64,000 bases of DNA from Eledone cirrhosa (Eukaryota). The stretch's first letter is position 1; each line of letters opens with the position of its first letter. The notes beneath the pieces were generated by a model. The model made no database searches, had not been told where the DNA came from, and saw only the letters and a list, made by a program, of their open reading frames with translations. Below, in pieces: positions 29,105-39,760 of this stretch. The DNA is taken from NCBI GenBank assembly GCA_964016885.1, contig OZ024743.1, forward strand, positions 377,580,001-377,644,000, given 5' to 3'. Both the position numbers and the translations under genes were made by a program.

Positions 29105-29175
29105 TATTTTATTATGCGCATTTCAAAAACAAATATCATCATGGGATGATATTTGCGTTCTCATCAGATAAAATA
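29105..29175 (-). ncRNA. Minimal type I hammerhead ribozyme (HHR-A)
   Basis: Minus strand reads TATTTTAT-CTGATGA-GAACGCAAATATCATC-CCAT-GATGATATTTGTTTTT-GAAA-TGCGCA-TA-ATAAAATA: 8-bp stem I, perfect core, stem II with 11 perfect bp, palindromic mini stem III, AUA cleavage triplet (cut after 29113). Confidence 0.88.
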
Positions 29176-30138
29176 GGGCGACATGATATGAAGCTTAAAA
29201 AACACTTGCGAGCTGTGAAGTGTTAAATCTACATATGAAAAATAAAATAAGATGGATATATGAGATCGGGAAAAAAAGAAGGAAGGGGGAAGAAAAAGGT
29301 AAGAAAGAGGAAGAAAGAAAATAAAGGATGACGGAGGAGTATAAGAAGGAAGGATGAGAGAGGAGGAGAAATGAGAGAGAGAGAGACTTTAATACTGAGA
29401 AACACTGTCTCACAGAAAAATTAAAAAACTGTTGTAAGATAATACATAATTTAAAAAAAAAAAATGTTGAAATTAAAAGTTAATGAGGTTTATGAATGGT
29501 GATGTTTATGATTAAAGAAAAAGGAATTAAGAATAGTATTTATTTAAGGTTTATATATTGAAGGGTTTAATAATATGTGCGAAAAGGAATTTATTAATAT
29601 GTATTATTAAAATTAAAATATTAAGGATATAAGGTGAATGAAGAAGAGATTAAATGAAATATGAACTTAGAGGAATTAGTTAGGGTCTAAGTTTGTTTCT
29701 ATGTATTGTAATATGAAAAAAATAAATAATAGGTTTCTCACGGAAGGAGAGAAGAAAGAAGAAAATTTAAGGAAGAAAAAATATATAACGTCAAAAAAAA
29801 AATATATGTTTACAAAATTTACTAATGGTAATATTAGTATATATTAAAAATATAGTTTGTATGGCCAAGAATATAAGGAAAATGCTATAGTGAGTAATAA
29901 TATGAATTAAGAAGTAATTGAGAAGTAAAAGTTACAGATTAAAGATTAGAAATTAAAAATTAAAAAGGAAAAAAGGAAAAAAAGGATAAAAAAAGAAAAA
30001 TAAGGGACCGCTAACGACATAGAATGAGTAAATTGTATACTATAATATAGTGAAATAAGGTAGAAAGATGGGTATATTTGTAAAAGATATAAAAGCGTTT
30101 GAGAAAAGAAGATTTTAAACTAATTATGTAGTGAGATA

Positions 30139-30564
30139 TTAGCTGTATACTTTATGGAAAGTTCTATAGGATTTATGCAAGCAGAGCGAAAATAAATCCG
30201 TACGTCTATTTATTATAGAATTAAAATTAGAGATAATGGTAAATTTCTCGGCTAGGCAGAGATTACATGTTCTGGATAGGAAAGAATTTCGGTAAGGAGA
30301 GGCATTGCAAACCTTCCTCCAAGAAATGTTGTAGTTAATATTTTTGTCTTTTAAGGACCATATGAGTTCTGAGAGTGCCGTGTTAGTTCTTTTAAGTTGG
30401 TATTTAAAAGACGCATTGTGATTATAAAATCTTGCTTTAAAGGAAGTGGAAGTGGAACCAAAATAGGTAAAAGAGTTAGTACCAGTTATAACCTTACATT
30501 CATAAAATTTTTATCAAGACATTGGTTATTAAGAGGACATTTAGTTCTAACAGGGCAATTGTAA
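30139..30564 (-). pseudogene. Penelope-like element C-terminal GIY-YIG endonuclease with Cys-rich linker (one frameshift, no start codon, no RT)
   Basis: YNCPVRTKCPLNNQCLDKN, a frame change near 30507, then 121 open codons YECKVITGTNSFTYFGSTSTSFKARFYNHNASFKYQLKRTNTALSELIWSLKDKNINYNISWRKVCNASPYRNSFLSRTCNLCLAEKFTIISNFNSIINRRTDLFSLCLHKSYRTFHKVYS* (30504-30139). Shows Y..YFG, R, CxxCxxEK and N..CxH motifs. Missed by the ORF track for lack of a start codon. Confidence 0.85.
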
Positions 30565-30610
30565 TATACAATATATTAATAAATGGAAACTATATTTATA
30601 AAACCATAAT

Positions 30611-30675
30611 TATTTTATTATATATATTTCAAGGGCAACCAAGCCAATCTTGGTGCGCTTTCATCAGATAAAATA
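30611..30675 (-). ncRNA. Minimal type I hammerhead ribozyme (HHR-B)
   Basis: Minus strand reads TATTTTAT-CTGATGA-AAGCGCACCAAG-ATTGG-CTTGGTTGCCCTT-GAAA-TATATA-TA-ATAAAATA: same stem I as HHR-A, paired stem II, palindromic mini stem III, AUA triplet (cut after 30619). Confidence 0.85.
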
Positions 30676-30808
30676 CAAAATTTGTTTTATAAATTAGTGA
30701 CATAACCATAGAAAATAACCTTGACGGTTGAAAATTCGCTGGATAGTTATACAGTTATAAACTTTTAAGTTTGTTGAAATCCCAACAAATTAAATATAAC
30801 TTCTACAC

Positions 30809-31242
30809 ATATATATCATCATCATCATCGTTTAACGTCCATCTTCCACGCTTGCATGGGTTTGGACGGGAGTTTTCCCACTTGAGGCAAGAGTGGTTGT
30901 CTTGCTCGCATAAGACTGTCTGGCGGGTTTTCTACGGCTGGATGCCCTTCCTAACACCAACCACATTTACAGTGTGGACTGGGAGGTTTTTACCGTGTTA
31001 CCTACACGGACACATTACAGCGTGGACTGTAATGTGGCCGTGTAGGCAACACGGTAAAAACCCCCCAGCCCCACACTGTAAATGTGGTTGGTGTTAGGAA
31101 GGGCATCCAACCGTAGAAAACCCGCCAGACAGTCCTATGCGAGCAAGACAACCACTCTTGCCTCAAGTGGGAAAACTCCCGTCCAAACCCATGCAAGCAT
31201 GGAACACGGACGTTAAACGATGATGATGATGATGATATATAT
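30809..31242. repeat. Head-to-head inverted pair of RTE 3' tails (arms of about 210 bp, 6-nt loop)
   Basis: Arms meet at ACATTACAG-cgtgga-CTGTAATGT (loop 31021-31026); (TCA)n/(TGA)n tails point outward. Confidence 0.95.
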
Positions 31243-31259
31243 ACACACATATACATATA

Positions 31260-31391
31260 GGAAAATTAGCTTTCAAATCATTTTTAATTCCCTACACATA
31301 TTTAAGAGAATTGTACAAATAATTGGATGTACAACTACAACTCTTGAAATGTGTGTAAGGAATTAAAAATGATTTAAAAGCTAATTTTTCC
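31260..31391. repeat. Palindromic foldback element (about 130 bp)
   Basis: GAAAATTAGCTTTCAAATCATTTTTAATTCC pairs with GGAATTAAAAATGATTTAAAAGCTAATTTT. Confidence 0.8.
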
Positions 31392-31696
31392 ATCTATATA
31401 TTTGAGAGATCAGGAACACTACAGATCAGAGTAGTACTCAATACAATGTTTAGGTGCAGAGTTGATATAGTCATCATCAACATTCTAATGGAGGATCCAC
31501 TCCAATTCAGCACCTTGTTTTGGATTTCAACTAGGAATAAACGGTTCAAAGTCAGTAAGTTTGCAGGCCCCCTAAAACAAAGTCAGCTTTCCATTGGGAT
31601 TTTACTAATTACTATATATACAACCCTTGCTAGCAGCGAAAGCAGAGGACGTTAACCCTTTAGCATTTACATTATATATATATATATATATATATA

Positions 31697-32465
31697 TAAA
31701 CGAACTAAGGAAAAAATTAGAAATAAGAGGGATCAGATGTTGTTTACTCGAGAGAAGGCTACGTTGGTATGGTCACGTGATGCGCATGAAAGACGACAGC
31801 TGTATAACAAAGTGCAGGGCAATAAAGATAGATGGTAGCCACAGAGTAGGCAGACCCAGAAAAACCTGGGACGAGCTGATAAATTCTGACCTCACACACT
31901 TACACCTCTCCAAGACAATGTCACTGGACCGAGACCTTTGGCGGTACTCAGTAACAGAGAAGACCCGCGTTACCTAAATATAAAGTAAAACCTACTACAG
32001 TCAGTAGGCATCTCTAACAAAATACACCCCCGTCCCACCCCATCCACACCGCCCCTTTCAATGTAAAGTTATGTTGGTGCCACAAAATCCAGGCCGAAAC
32101 AAATGAGATCGTGTAGGTGTCACAAAAAAAAAACACACAGTCCACGCTGTAATGTGACCGTGTAGGCAACACGGTAAAAACGTCCCAGTCCCACACTGTA
32201 AATGTGGTTGGTGTTAGGAAGGGCATCCAGCTGTAGAAAACCTGCCAGACAGTCCACGCTGTAATGTGGCCGTGTAGGCAACACGGTAAAAACCTCCCAG
32301 CCCCACACTGTAAATGTGGTTTGTGTTAGGAAGGGCATCCAACTGTAGAAAACCCGCCAGACAGTCCTATGCGAGCAAGACAACCACTCTTGCCTCAAGT
32401 GGGAAAACTCCTGTCCAAACCCATGCAAGCATGGAACACGGACGTGAAACGATGATGATGATGAT
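31697..32465 (+). mobile_element. Young RTE 3' fragment with a 112-bp tandem duplication in the 3'UTR, nested in a TTAA MITE (31652-32628)
   Basis: NELRKKLEIRGIRCCLLERRLRWYGH..EKTRVT*; TCCACGCTGTAATG at 32141 and 32253; MITE ends TTAACCCTTTAGCATTTA and TTAAAGGGTTAA. Confidence 0.9.
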
Positions 32466-33109
32466 ATATATATATACTATTGTATTCACATAATATCGAA
32501 TCTGAGATTTTGATATTTATTTTGAGAACAATACCTTAACATCAGTATGAGCAGCCACTTACAGCTGGTTTGAAAAGAGGTGAGAGAATTCTGGCTAGAT
32601 ACAGCCGGTTTAAATGTTAAAGGGTTAAATGATGGTGATGATGATATATATTTAAGACAGAAGCAATCATTTTTTCATGAACAGACAAACACAATTTATT
32701 AAACCAAAGGAAGTACTCAACAAACATCACTAAATACCTTTGACCTTATTGTTTCTAGTTTTGTTATATGAATTCAGTTCTTAAATGAAATGATAGATTT
32801 TTCTGTAATATTTCAAGGAATTGTAAGAACTCGTGCAATATTTTAAGGAATTGTGAGAACACGATAAAATGCGCCCAGCCCACACTATGTGGTTGACATA
32901 GAAACCAAGCCAAAATCAGTTCTGTGTAAGTAAAACACGGTCCTCTGACCTGGATCTTTCACAATGGGACAGCCCGTCCTATCCTTGCTGGTATGGACGT
33001 AAGATGATGATGAACAACACTTCATTGAAACAAGGTTTTGAAGGAAAATTAAATATTAGGGACTACAGAATGCTCCCAGTATATTTAACCTATTTATTAT
33101 TATATTTCT

Positions 33110-33490
33110 ATTGTGAATACAAGCAGCTGAAATGGAACTCCTCCAAAGGGTCTTTGGAGTAACAGTACTCGATTGAGTGGGTAGTTTGGAGATCAGGAAG
33201 TTGCTCCAGGTAGAACTAGTACTTCTCCACATTAAGAAATCACAACTCTGGTGTTACAAACATGTGGTTAGAATTTCAAAGAAAAAACTCTGGATAGATT
33301 TTATGGGCAAAATCAAGCAGCATGAGACCAAGAGGAAGGCCAGGAACAAAGTGGTTGGATAACATCCATAAGCTCAGTTGGTCTCGGGGATCTAGCTGGA
33401 TTATTTGGAAATGGTTGCTCCTGATAGGAACCCCTGGAAGACATGTCTGAGAACTCTACCCCCACGACCCTCTCAGGAATAAGTAGGAGA
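33110..33490 (+). mobile_element. Degenerate RTE (Expander-like) 3' fragment
   Basis: IQAAEMELLQRV..EIRKLLQVELVLLHIKKSQLW; an antisense relative lies at about 36650-37070. Confidence 0.65.
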
Positions 33491-34392
33491 AGTACAAAAT
33501 CCCTATATTTCTAATAAAAATACACTATGCATCCCAGTTAATTTTGAAAACAAACAAGAATTTCAAAAGATTTTAGTAAAACATATTCATTAAGTTGGTT
33601 CGGGAACATATATTAAAAGGTTCTTATTTAAAACTAGAGTGGAAGGTTTTAATTTAAATATAGACATTTTATATCATAACAACAAGGGGTAGTTTAGTAA
33701 CAAAAGAGTTACAACAGCAGAATAATTTCAAGGAGGTTTGGCTGTTTTTTCCAGTAGTTAAACAACTACATACAAACTTCTCCGTTCAATCATCCTTCTG
33801 CCTTGAGATTAGGTCTCTTCTTGGGTCCACATTCATGAATATAATTTGGATCAGTTCTGGATCCATTAGATTGAGAAATATTTCATCATGGTTCCAACAT
33901 ACAAAATCATCATCATCATCATTTTATATCCATCTTCCTTTCAAGCAAGGGTTGGATGGGTCATCAGAGACCAAGTCAGTACATAACTGGAGCAACTGAC
34001 CAATCAGATGTAAACATAGACATGGACACAAACATACACTGTGCTTCTGCCTACCAAATTTCACTCCCAAGACATTGGTCAACTGGAGGCTATAGTAAAA
34101 AAACACTTGTCCAAGGTACCACATGGTGGGACTGAACCTAAAACCAGATGGTTGTGAAGTGGACTCCTTAACCACATGACCATGCCTGTACCTATGGAGA
34201 TGTTGCTTATGAAATAATATTTTCTCAGCTGCAATCAAATACTTGGGGATTACCACTCCAGAAGAGCAGTTTTTTAACCCTTTCATTGACATATTTCTAA
34301 TGAAATTCACTGTATTCTAATTAATTAATGAAGAGTTTGGAGGGACCTGATAAAAGCATTATTTCATTATTAAGATGATTTTTGTAACATAA

Positions 34393-35872
34393 CGAGGATA
34401 AGCTGAAAAGTTCATAGAACTGTGAAATCTTGCATGCATTAATTTCAACTATATTGTTTCTTTTCAGGTAAACTGGCATCTGACTGTTTAAAGAAGACTT
34501 CAAAAGTAACTAGGAGTAACTTCTCTTGAAAATAGACGAAATTTGGCATCCTGACATGGTTGCTACATTAGGGGATGATGCTCCAGCTTTATCAACAGTG
34601 CAAAAGTGGGCATCTGCATTTAGGAGGAAAAGGGAGAGTCATGAAGATGACCCAAGGTCTGGACATCCTGCAACTGCCATCACCGAGGAAAACATTGATG
34701 GTATTCACTATATGGTGATGGATTACAGATGATTGACTATAAATGAAATAGCCAATGCTATTAGCATATCCTGTGAGAGAGTTGAGAATATTCTGCACAA
34801 TGAAATTAGAATGATGAAAGTTTCTGCTTCATAGGTGCCACATCATCTAACACCTGATCAAAAGCAAACCAGGTTGATCACATCATGGGAAAATATGACA
34901 TTGCTTAAGGCAGATCCAGCTTGTTTCCTTGAACTTTTCCTAACCCAGGATGAGTGTTGAGTTCATCATTTTGAGCCAGAGACAAAGAAACAATCGATGC
35001 AGTGGAAACACTTCCCACCTGCTCCAAACAAGGCCATGGTCACTTCATCTGCAGAGGTGATGGTCTCAGTTTTTTAGGATGCAAAAGATATTGGCTTTAT
35101 TGACTATCTTCAAAAATGCAACACCATCAATGAAGAGTACTGTGCCAACTTGCTGAAGAAGTTACGGAACATAGACATGGACACAAACATATACTGTGCT
35201 TCTGCCTACCAAATTTCACTCCCAAGACATTGGTCAACTGGAAGCTATCGTAAAAATCACTTTTCTAAGACATTGGGTTCATCACTGAACCAGAGACAAA
35301 GAAACAATCCATACAGTGGAAACACTTCTCACCTGCTCCAAAGAAAGCCAAGGTCATTTCATCTGCAGAGAAGGTGATGGCCTCAGTTTTTTAAGATGCA
35401 AAAGCATTGGTTTTATTCAAAAATGCAACACCATCAATGAAGAGTACTGTGCCAACTTGCTGAGGCAGTTAAGAAAGGCCATCAAAATCAAACACCGAGA
35501 AAAACTGATGAAAGGGGCCTTGTTTCATTAGGACAATGTTCCAACACACAAGTCCTTGATCTTAATGGCTGCTGTGCATGACTGTAGCTTTTAACTGGTT
35601 GATCAGCCTCTCTATTCTCCTGACTTTCTCCCATCTGACTATCATCGGTTCTCCAATATGAAAAAACTATTTGGTTGGGAATCAGTATCGTAGTAATGAT
35701 GAAATCATATCTGCTATTAATGACTTTTTAGACCAACGGAGTGAAAGCTTCTTTACCAATGAGATCCATGCACTGCAACACCGATGGAAGAAGTATGTGG
35801 ATCACAAACCTCATTTGGTCACATTCCATGAGAGTATCTTGGTCAGCCTATGAACTTTTCAACTGACCTTTG
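34393..35872 (+). mobile_element. Mariner (DD34D) relic with internal duplication
   Basis: TIR core TGAAAAGTTCATAG at both ends; DDPRSGHP, *VPHHL, TQDEC*, DNVPTH-(34 aa spacing)-YSPDFLPSD; many stops. Confidence 0.9.
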
Positions 35873-37746
35873 TACACAAGGTTCTTATATCAAATTTGTA
35901 AGATTTTAATTTAAATAGGAACCCTTTAAAATGGGAGGTCTTGTTTCATAGAAACAAGAATGGTTTAGGGCAGGTTGATAACGAAATGGTTAAATATTGG
36001 CTTATAGCTATGGCTTTTATATGGAAGAGTAAAAAATAATGGTTTAAAAATTAGTTTTGTACATCAACCAAGTCAAATATATACTTATATATATTTATAT
36101 ATAAGTTACACCATTTTACATGATGTTTCAGAGGTGGTTGAGTATTCCAAAGATATGTACAACCGTACCATAATTTCCAAGTCAAATCACTATAACTATA
36201 TAAGACAGGACTAGACCATTAAATTACAGGTATATTATCCATCTAATGGGCTTCCAGAAAGTTCCCATCTACCTAATTTCAGTCACAAGGTTGGCCCAAG
36301 GTTTACATAAAAACACCTCAACAAGATATCATGCAGTAGGATTGAGTCAGTGCCATTATGATAGCAAAACAAGCTTCTTAACTAAGTCATGCCTGTGTGA
36401 ACAGCTTTACATACATTTACAATGTGCCACATATTTTGAATTGAGGTTTTGTTGGTCCAACATATAAATTACATGCTGGAATTTCCACATTGTATTTTTT
36501 CTGGAAAAGGTGTAACTTATACAATATAGCTTTAAATACATGCCTAACAACTAAAAATATCATATAGGGTGGGATGTAATTAGCTGACTTACTTAATATT
36601 AAGAAATGTGGATTAAAAAATACCACAGTGATCTTCACCCACTTATTCCTGAGAGGGTCATGGGGGAAGAGTCCTCAGACACCTTCCAGAGGGTCCTGTC
36701 AGAAGCAACTGTCTCCAACTGATCTGGCTGGATCCACAAGCAAGACCAGCCAAGCTCATGGATGTTATCTAACTATCTTGCTCAGGATCTACCCCTGGGC
36801 CTCCTGGTTGGTTTTGCCCATAAAATCTGTCCAGCAATTCTTTCCTGAGATATTCTAACCACATGCCCATAGTACCAGAGCTGTGATCTCTCAATTCAGA
36901 GAAGTAGCAGATCTACCTGGAGTGACTATCAAGTAACGTTACTCCATAAACCCTTTGGAGGAATTTCATTTCGGTCGCTTGTATTCACAATCATATTGTC
37001 TCGGTCCACGATTCATGACCACAGGTAAGGACTGTGTGAATACTGAATTGAAGATAGTGAGTTTGGATTCCACGCTGATTAATAAACTTTATTCCAAAAG
37101 TAATATTTAGGTAATCAATCTAAGTTTATATTTACATTAAATATTCAAAATGTTGCCCAATCATAATAATGTATTAATCTGCATGGATCCCTAATTTCTG
37201 ATGCAATCCTCAAAGAGCTGTAGTGATGACATACTGCATGTCTTGGGTGTCTAAACCTGATGGAGTCAATCACTTTTGAGAGGTCTGAGACAGCTGATTT
37301 CTTCCAGAGAAGGAGAGGGGGGGGTGATAGAGAGGAAAGTGGGAAAGATATATATAAGAAGAAATTACCCCAGTACTGGATTGGCCACAATAATGTATAC
37401 AAGCATGTATGGACCTGTAACTCCTGATGGAGTCATTGAGTACCTTACTAATACATGACATTAAACCTGGCAAACCCATCTCTTTCTAGGTTTGAACACA
37501 GCTAATTAGAGAGACTGGTACTTGACTTTTATCGACCTCGAAAGAATGAGAGGCAAAAACAAGAATGTAATGATTATATTTATTTGTAATTAGTAAGCTA
37601 CTTATGGTCGACCCTGTATATAAAGAAATTCAGTTAACAAATATTAGTAATAATTGGTTACAAAGTTAGTAAAATATTTACTACAGAGTTACTCACCCTG
37701 GATTCATGACTATACACACAAAGCAGAAGGCATCCCCGAAGTTTCA

Positions 37747-38204
37747 TTAACCCCTTTGTGATTATATTTCCAATGAAACATTTTGCTTACAAGTATCAGT
37801 GAATTTTTATAATTATCAAGAAGTTGGAAAGAGTAATATAATTAACTTTCTTTTTATTAAGCTGGTGCTAGGAGAATAACTTAACCCTTTAGCAATTACA
37901 TTACTCTATATAAATTATTATATTTTGATAATAAAGGCTTTATCTCGCGTAATATCGAATCTACGAGATTTTGATATTTATTTTGAGAACAATACCTTAA
38001 CATCAGTATAAGCTGCCGATTACAGCCAGTTACAACAGATAAAGGTGAGAGAACTCTGGCCAGATACAGCCGGTTTAAATGCTAAAGAGTTAAAAGTTCT
38101 TACATAAAATTATGATGGAAGATATTTTTTAGAAATATAAACACTTCAAAATAAACAGCTTAGAACCGGGAGCGGTCTCAGGTGTATTAGTTCAAAAGAG
38201 TTAA
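37747..38204. mobile_element. Nested TTAA-flanked (piggyBac-type) MITEs: family A (37881-38092) inside family B
   Basis: TTAA-CCC...GGG/GAG-TTAA termini. Family A also at about 19290, 42128, 49756 and 63090; family B at about 4640, 8185, 11249, 13735, 19475, 48972 and 58502. Confidence 0.75.
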
Positions 38205-38405
38205 AGAATTGTTGATTAAGAATATATTTTGTCACACATGGATGATAAGTGTTACACACAAGAAAGATTGTAGGGGGAAATTATACTAACAGTGACTATC
38301 TCACTGACCAGGTGAATAGGTCTTAGAGATTGTAGAAGTAAGATAAAGACATTATGAGGAATGTTAGAGAGAGGAAAAAGAGACTATATGGAAAACTGTA
38401 CTTAC

Positions 38406-38783
38406 AGTGACTATCTCAAGCATTTCCTGACGAGAGATATAACCATTTCCATCAACATCATACATGGTGAACGCCCAGCGTAACTTTTGCTCAAGTTTCC
38501 CTCTTGATGTCACACTCAAAGCACAAATAAATTCACGGAAGTCTATTGTACCATCTGCATTTGTATCAAAAGTACGAAATACATGTTCTGCAAATTTTGA
38601 AGCATCCCCATAAGGGAAGAAGTTTCCATATATTTTTTTAAATTCTTCAACTGATAAATTCCCACTAGGGCAATCTTTCAGAAAGCCTTTATACCATTCT
38701 TGTAGTTCCACTTCAGAAAATTCTGTATTTTTGCGCAAATCTTCAAGAACCTCCGGCTTCAGCTTACTGTTTTGTTTGCCCAT
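38406..38783 (-). CDS. NCALD: Neurocalcin/hippocalcin-like neuronal calcium sensor, coding exon 1 (codons 1-126)
   Basis: Translates [16 protein letters not shown]...EMLEIVT: N-myristoylation motif MGxxxS, inactive EF1 (DCPSG), EF2 [14 protein letters not shown]3 [12 protein letters not shown]. Followed by phase-0 donor GTAAGT (38405-38400). Acceptor ttttcAG at 38806-38805 implies the exon starts at 38804 with 21 nt of 5'UTR. The symbol is family-level (NCALD/HPCAL1/Drosophila Nca-like). Confidence 0.96.
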
Positions 38784-38877
38784 GTTGCTTTCACTAAATC
38801 CAAGCTGAAAATATATTGAAATAAATATTGTAAAGATAGAAATATCATATAATCAACAGAAATATATCATATATATA

Positions 38878-39758
38878 CAGGGTGCAGACGATATTTGTTC
38901 GCAATTTTCAACTGCTAATTTAATGCAAATTTTTTTTACTTCCGTTGTCACTCTTGTCTTCATAAAAACAGTGACTATATTTCCATTATTTATTTTCAGA
39001 ATAATTGATTATGAATAATTTTGAACCTCCAAATTTGTGGAAGAGACACGGAGTTCTTCTTGAAATCCACGCCGGGAGGACAAATAAGACCAGAAGATCA
39101 ACTCCCAGAACAACAGGTGGCTCGCTGTCTCATCTAAAGACGTGCCCAGAGTCATGCAGACAAAGTTTCCAGCGACAACATTGGTCTTAGGTGTCGTCAG
39201 CAGTCAAGGTGACGTGATGCCACCTCACTTCTTCCCTGAGGGTCTCAAGCTGAACACCGATGGCTACATCCTTGTTCTGAGCGAGGTAGTAAAGCCCTGG
39301 ATCGACCAGGTAGGCCGTACGTGTGGCAGCAAGACTCAGTGCCCTGCCATACCAGCCGAAAGACCCAAGCCTGGCTGTCAGAGAACTTCGTCGACCACAC
39401 TTCACCTGACATCTGGCCTCCCAGCTCGCTTGACTGCAACCCCCTCGACTTCTTTGTGTGGGGCGCAGTGGGATGAGACACCAACAGATCTAGCTGCAAT
39501 ACGAAAGACGATCTGAAGGCCAGGATCACAAGTGCCTTTAGGGGCCTAAGTCGGAGGACAGTGACGAAGGCCTGTAGCCGGTTCCGAGGCCGCCTTGAGG
39601 CCGTCATCAAAGCCAATGGCGGCTTTATCGAGTGAGCTCGATAGAACAAGTCATGAAGACAAACTGACCCAAGTTTGATAAATAAATCTTAAAAAATAAA
39701 ACTACTGTGTTATCTTTTCCTAGACAGTAATCTTGTGACAAATATCGTCCGCACCCTG
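38878..39758 (+). mobile_element. maT/DD37D Tc1-mariner element, internally deleted
   Basis: 21-bp TIR CAGGGTGC(A/G)GACGATATTTGT with TA on both sides; WQQD-(37 aa)-D in WPPSSLDCNPLDFFVW; C-terminus IKANGGFIE*. Confidence 0.92.
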
Positions 39759-39760
39759 TA

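Larger units (their letters stand above)
29075..30800 (-). mobile_element. Penelope-like retroelement remnant (endonuclease + about 1 kb AT-rich 3' region + two hammerheads)
   Basis: GIY-YIG frame co-oriented with two minimal hammerheads, the established hallmark of Penelope pseudo-LTRs; bounded by (TA/CA)n tracts. Confidence 0.8.
25394..38405 (-). other. 13,012-bp GT-AG intron of the neurocalcin-like gene
   Basis: Canonical donor and acceptor; protein is continuous across the junction (EIVT|AIYKM). Confidence 0.93.

Noticed and set aside
30504-30510. A_AAT_TTT heptamer at the endonuclease frame change that would restore frame by -1 slippage
   Set aside because: No upstream start or RT, the product would be about one residue short of the usual motif, and such heptamers are common in AT-rich DNA; a small deletion is more likely.
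29400-30600. AT-rich stretch resembling a mitochondrial insertion (NUMT)
   Set aside because: No mitochondrial gene motifs; the minus strand encodes a GIY-YIG endonuclease flanked by hammerheads.
33935-33975. Minus-strand CTGATGA...GAAA
   Set aside because: No stem II pairing; part of an RTE tail.
38364-38405. ORF-track extension [13 protein letters not shown] of neurocalcin
   Set aside because: Intron read-through past the GTAAGT donor.
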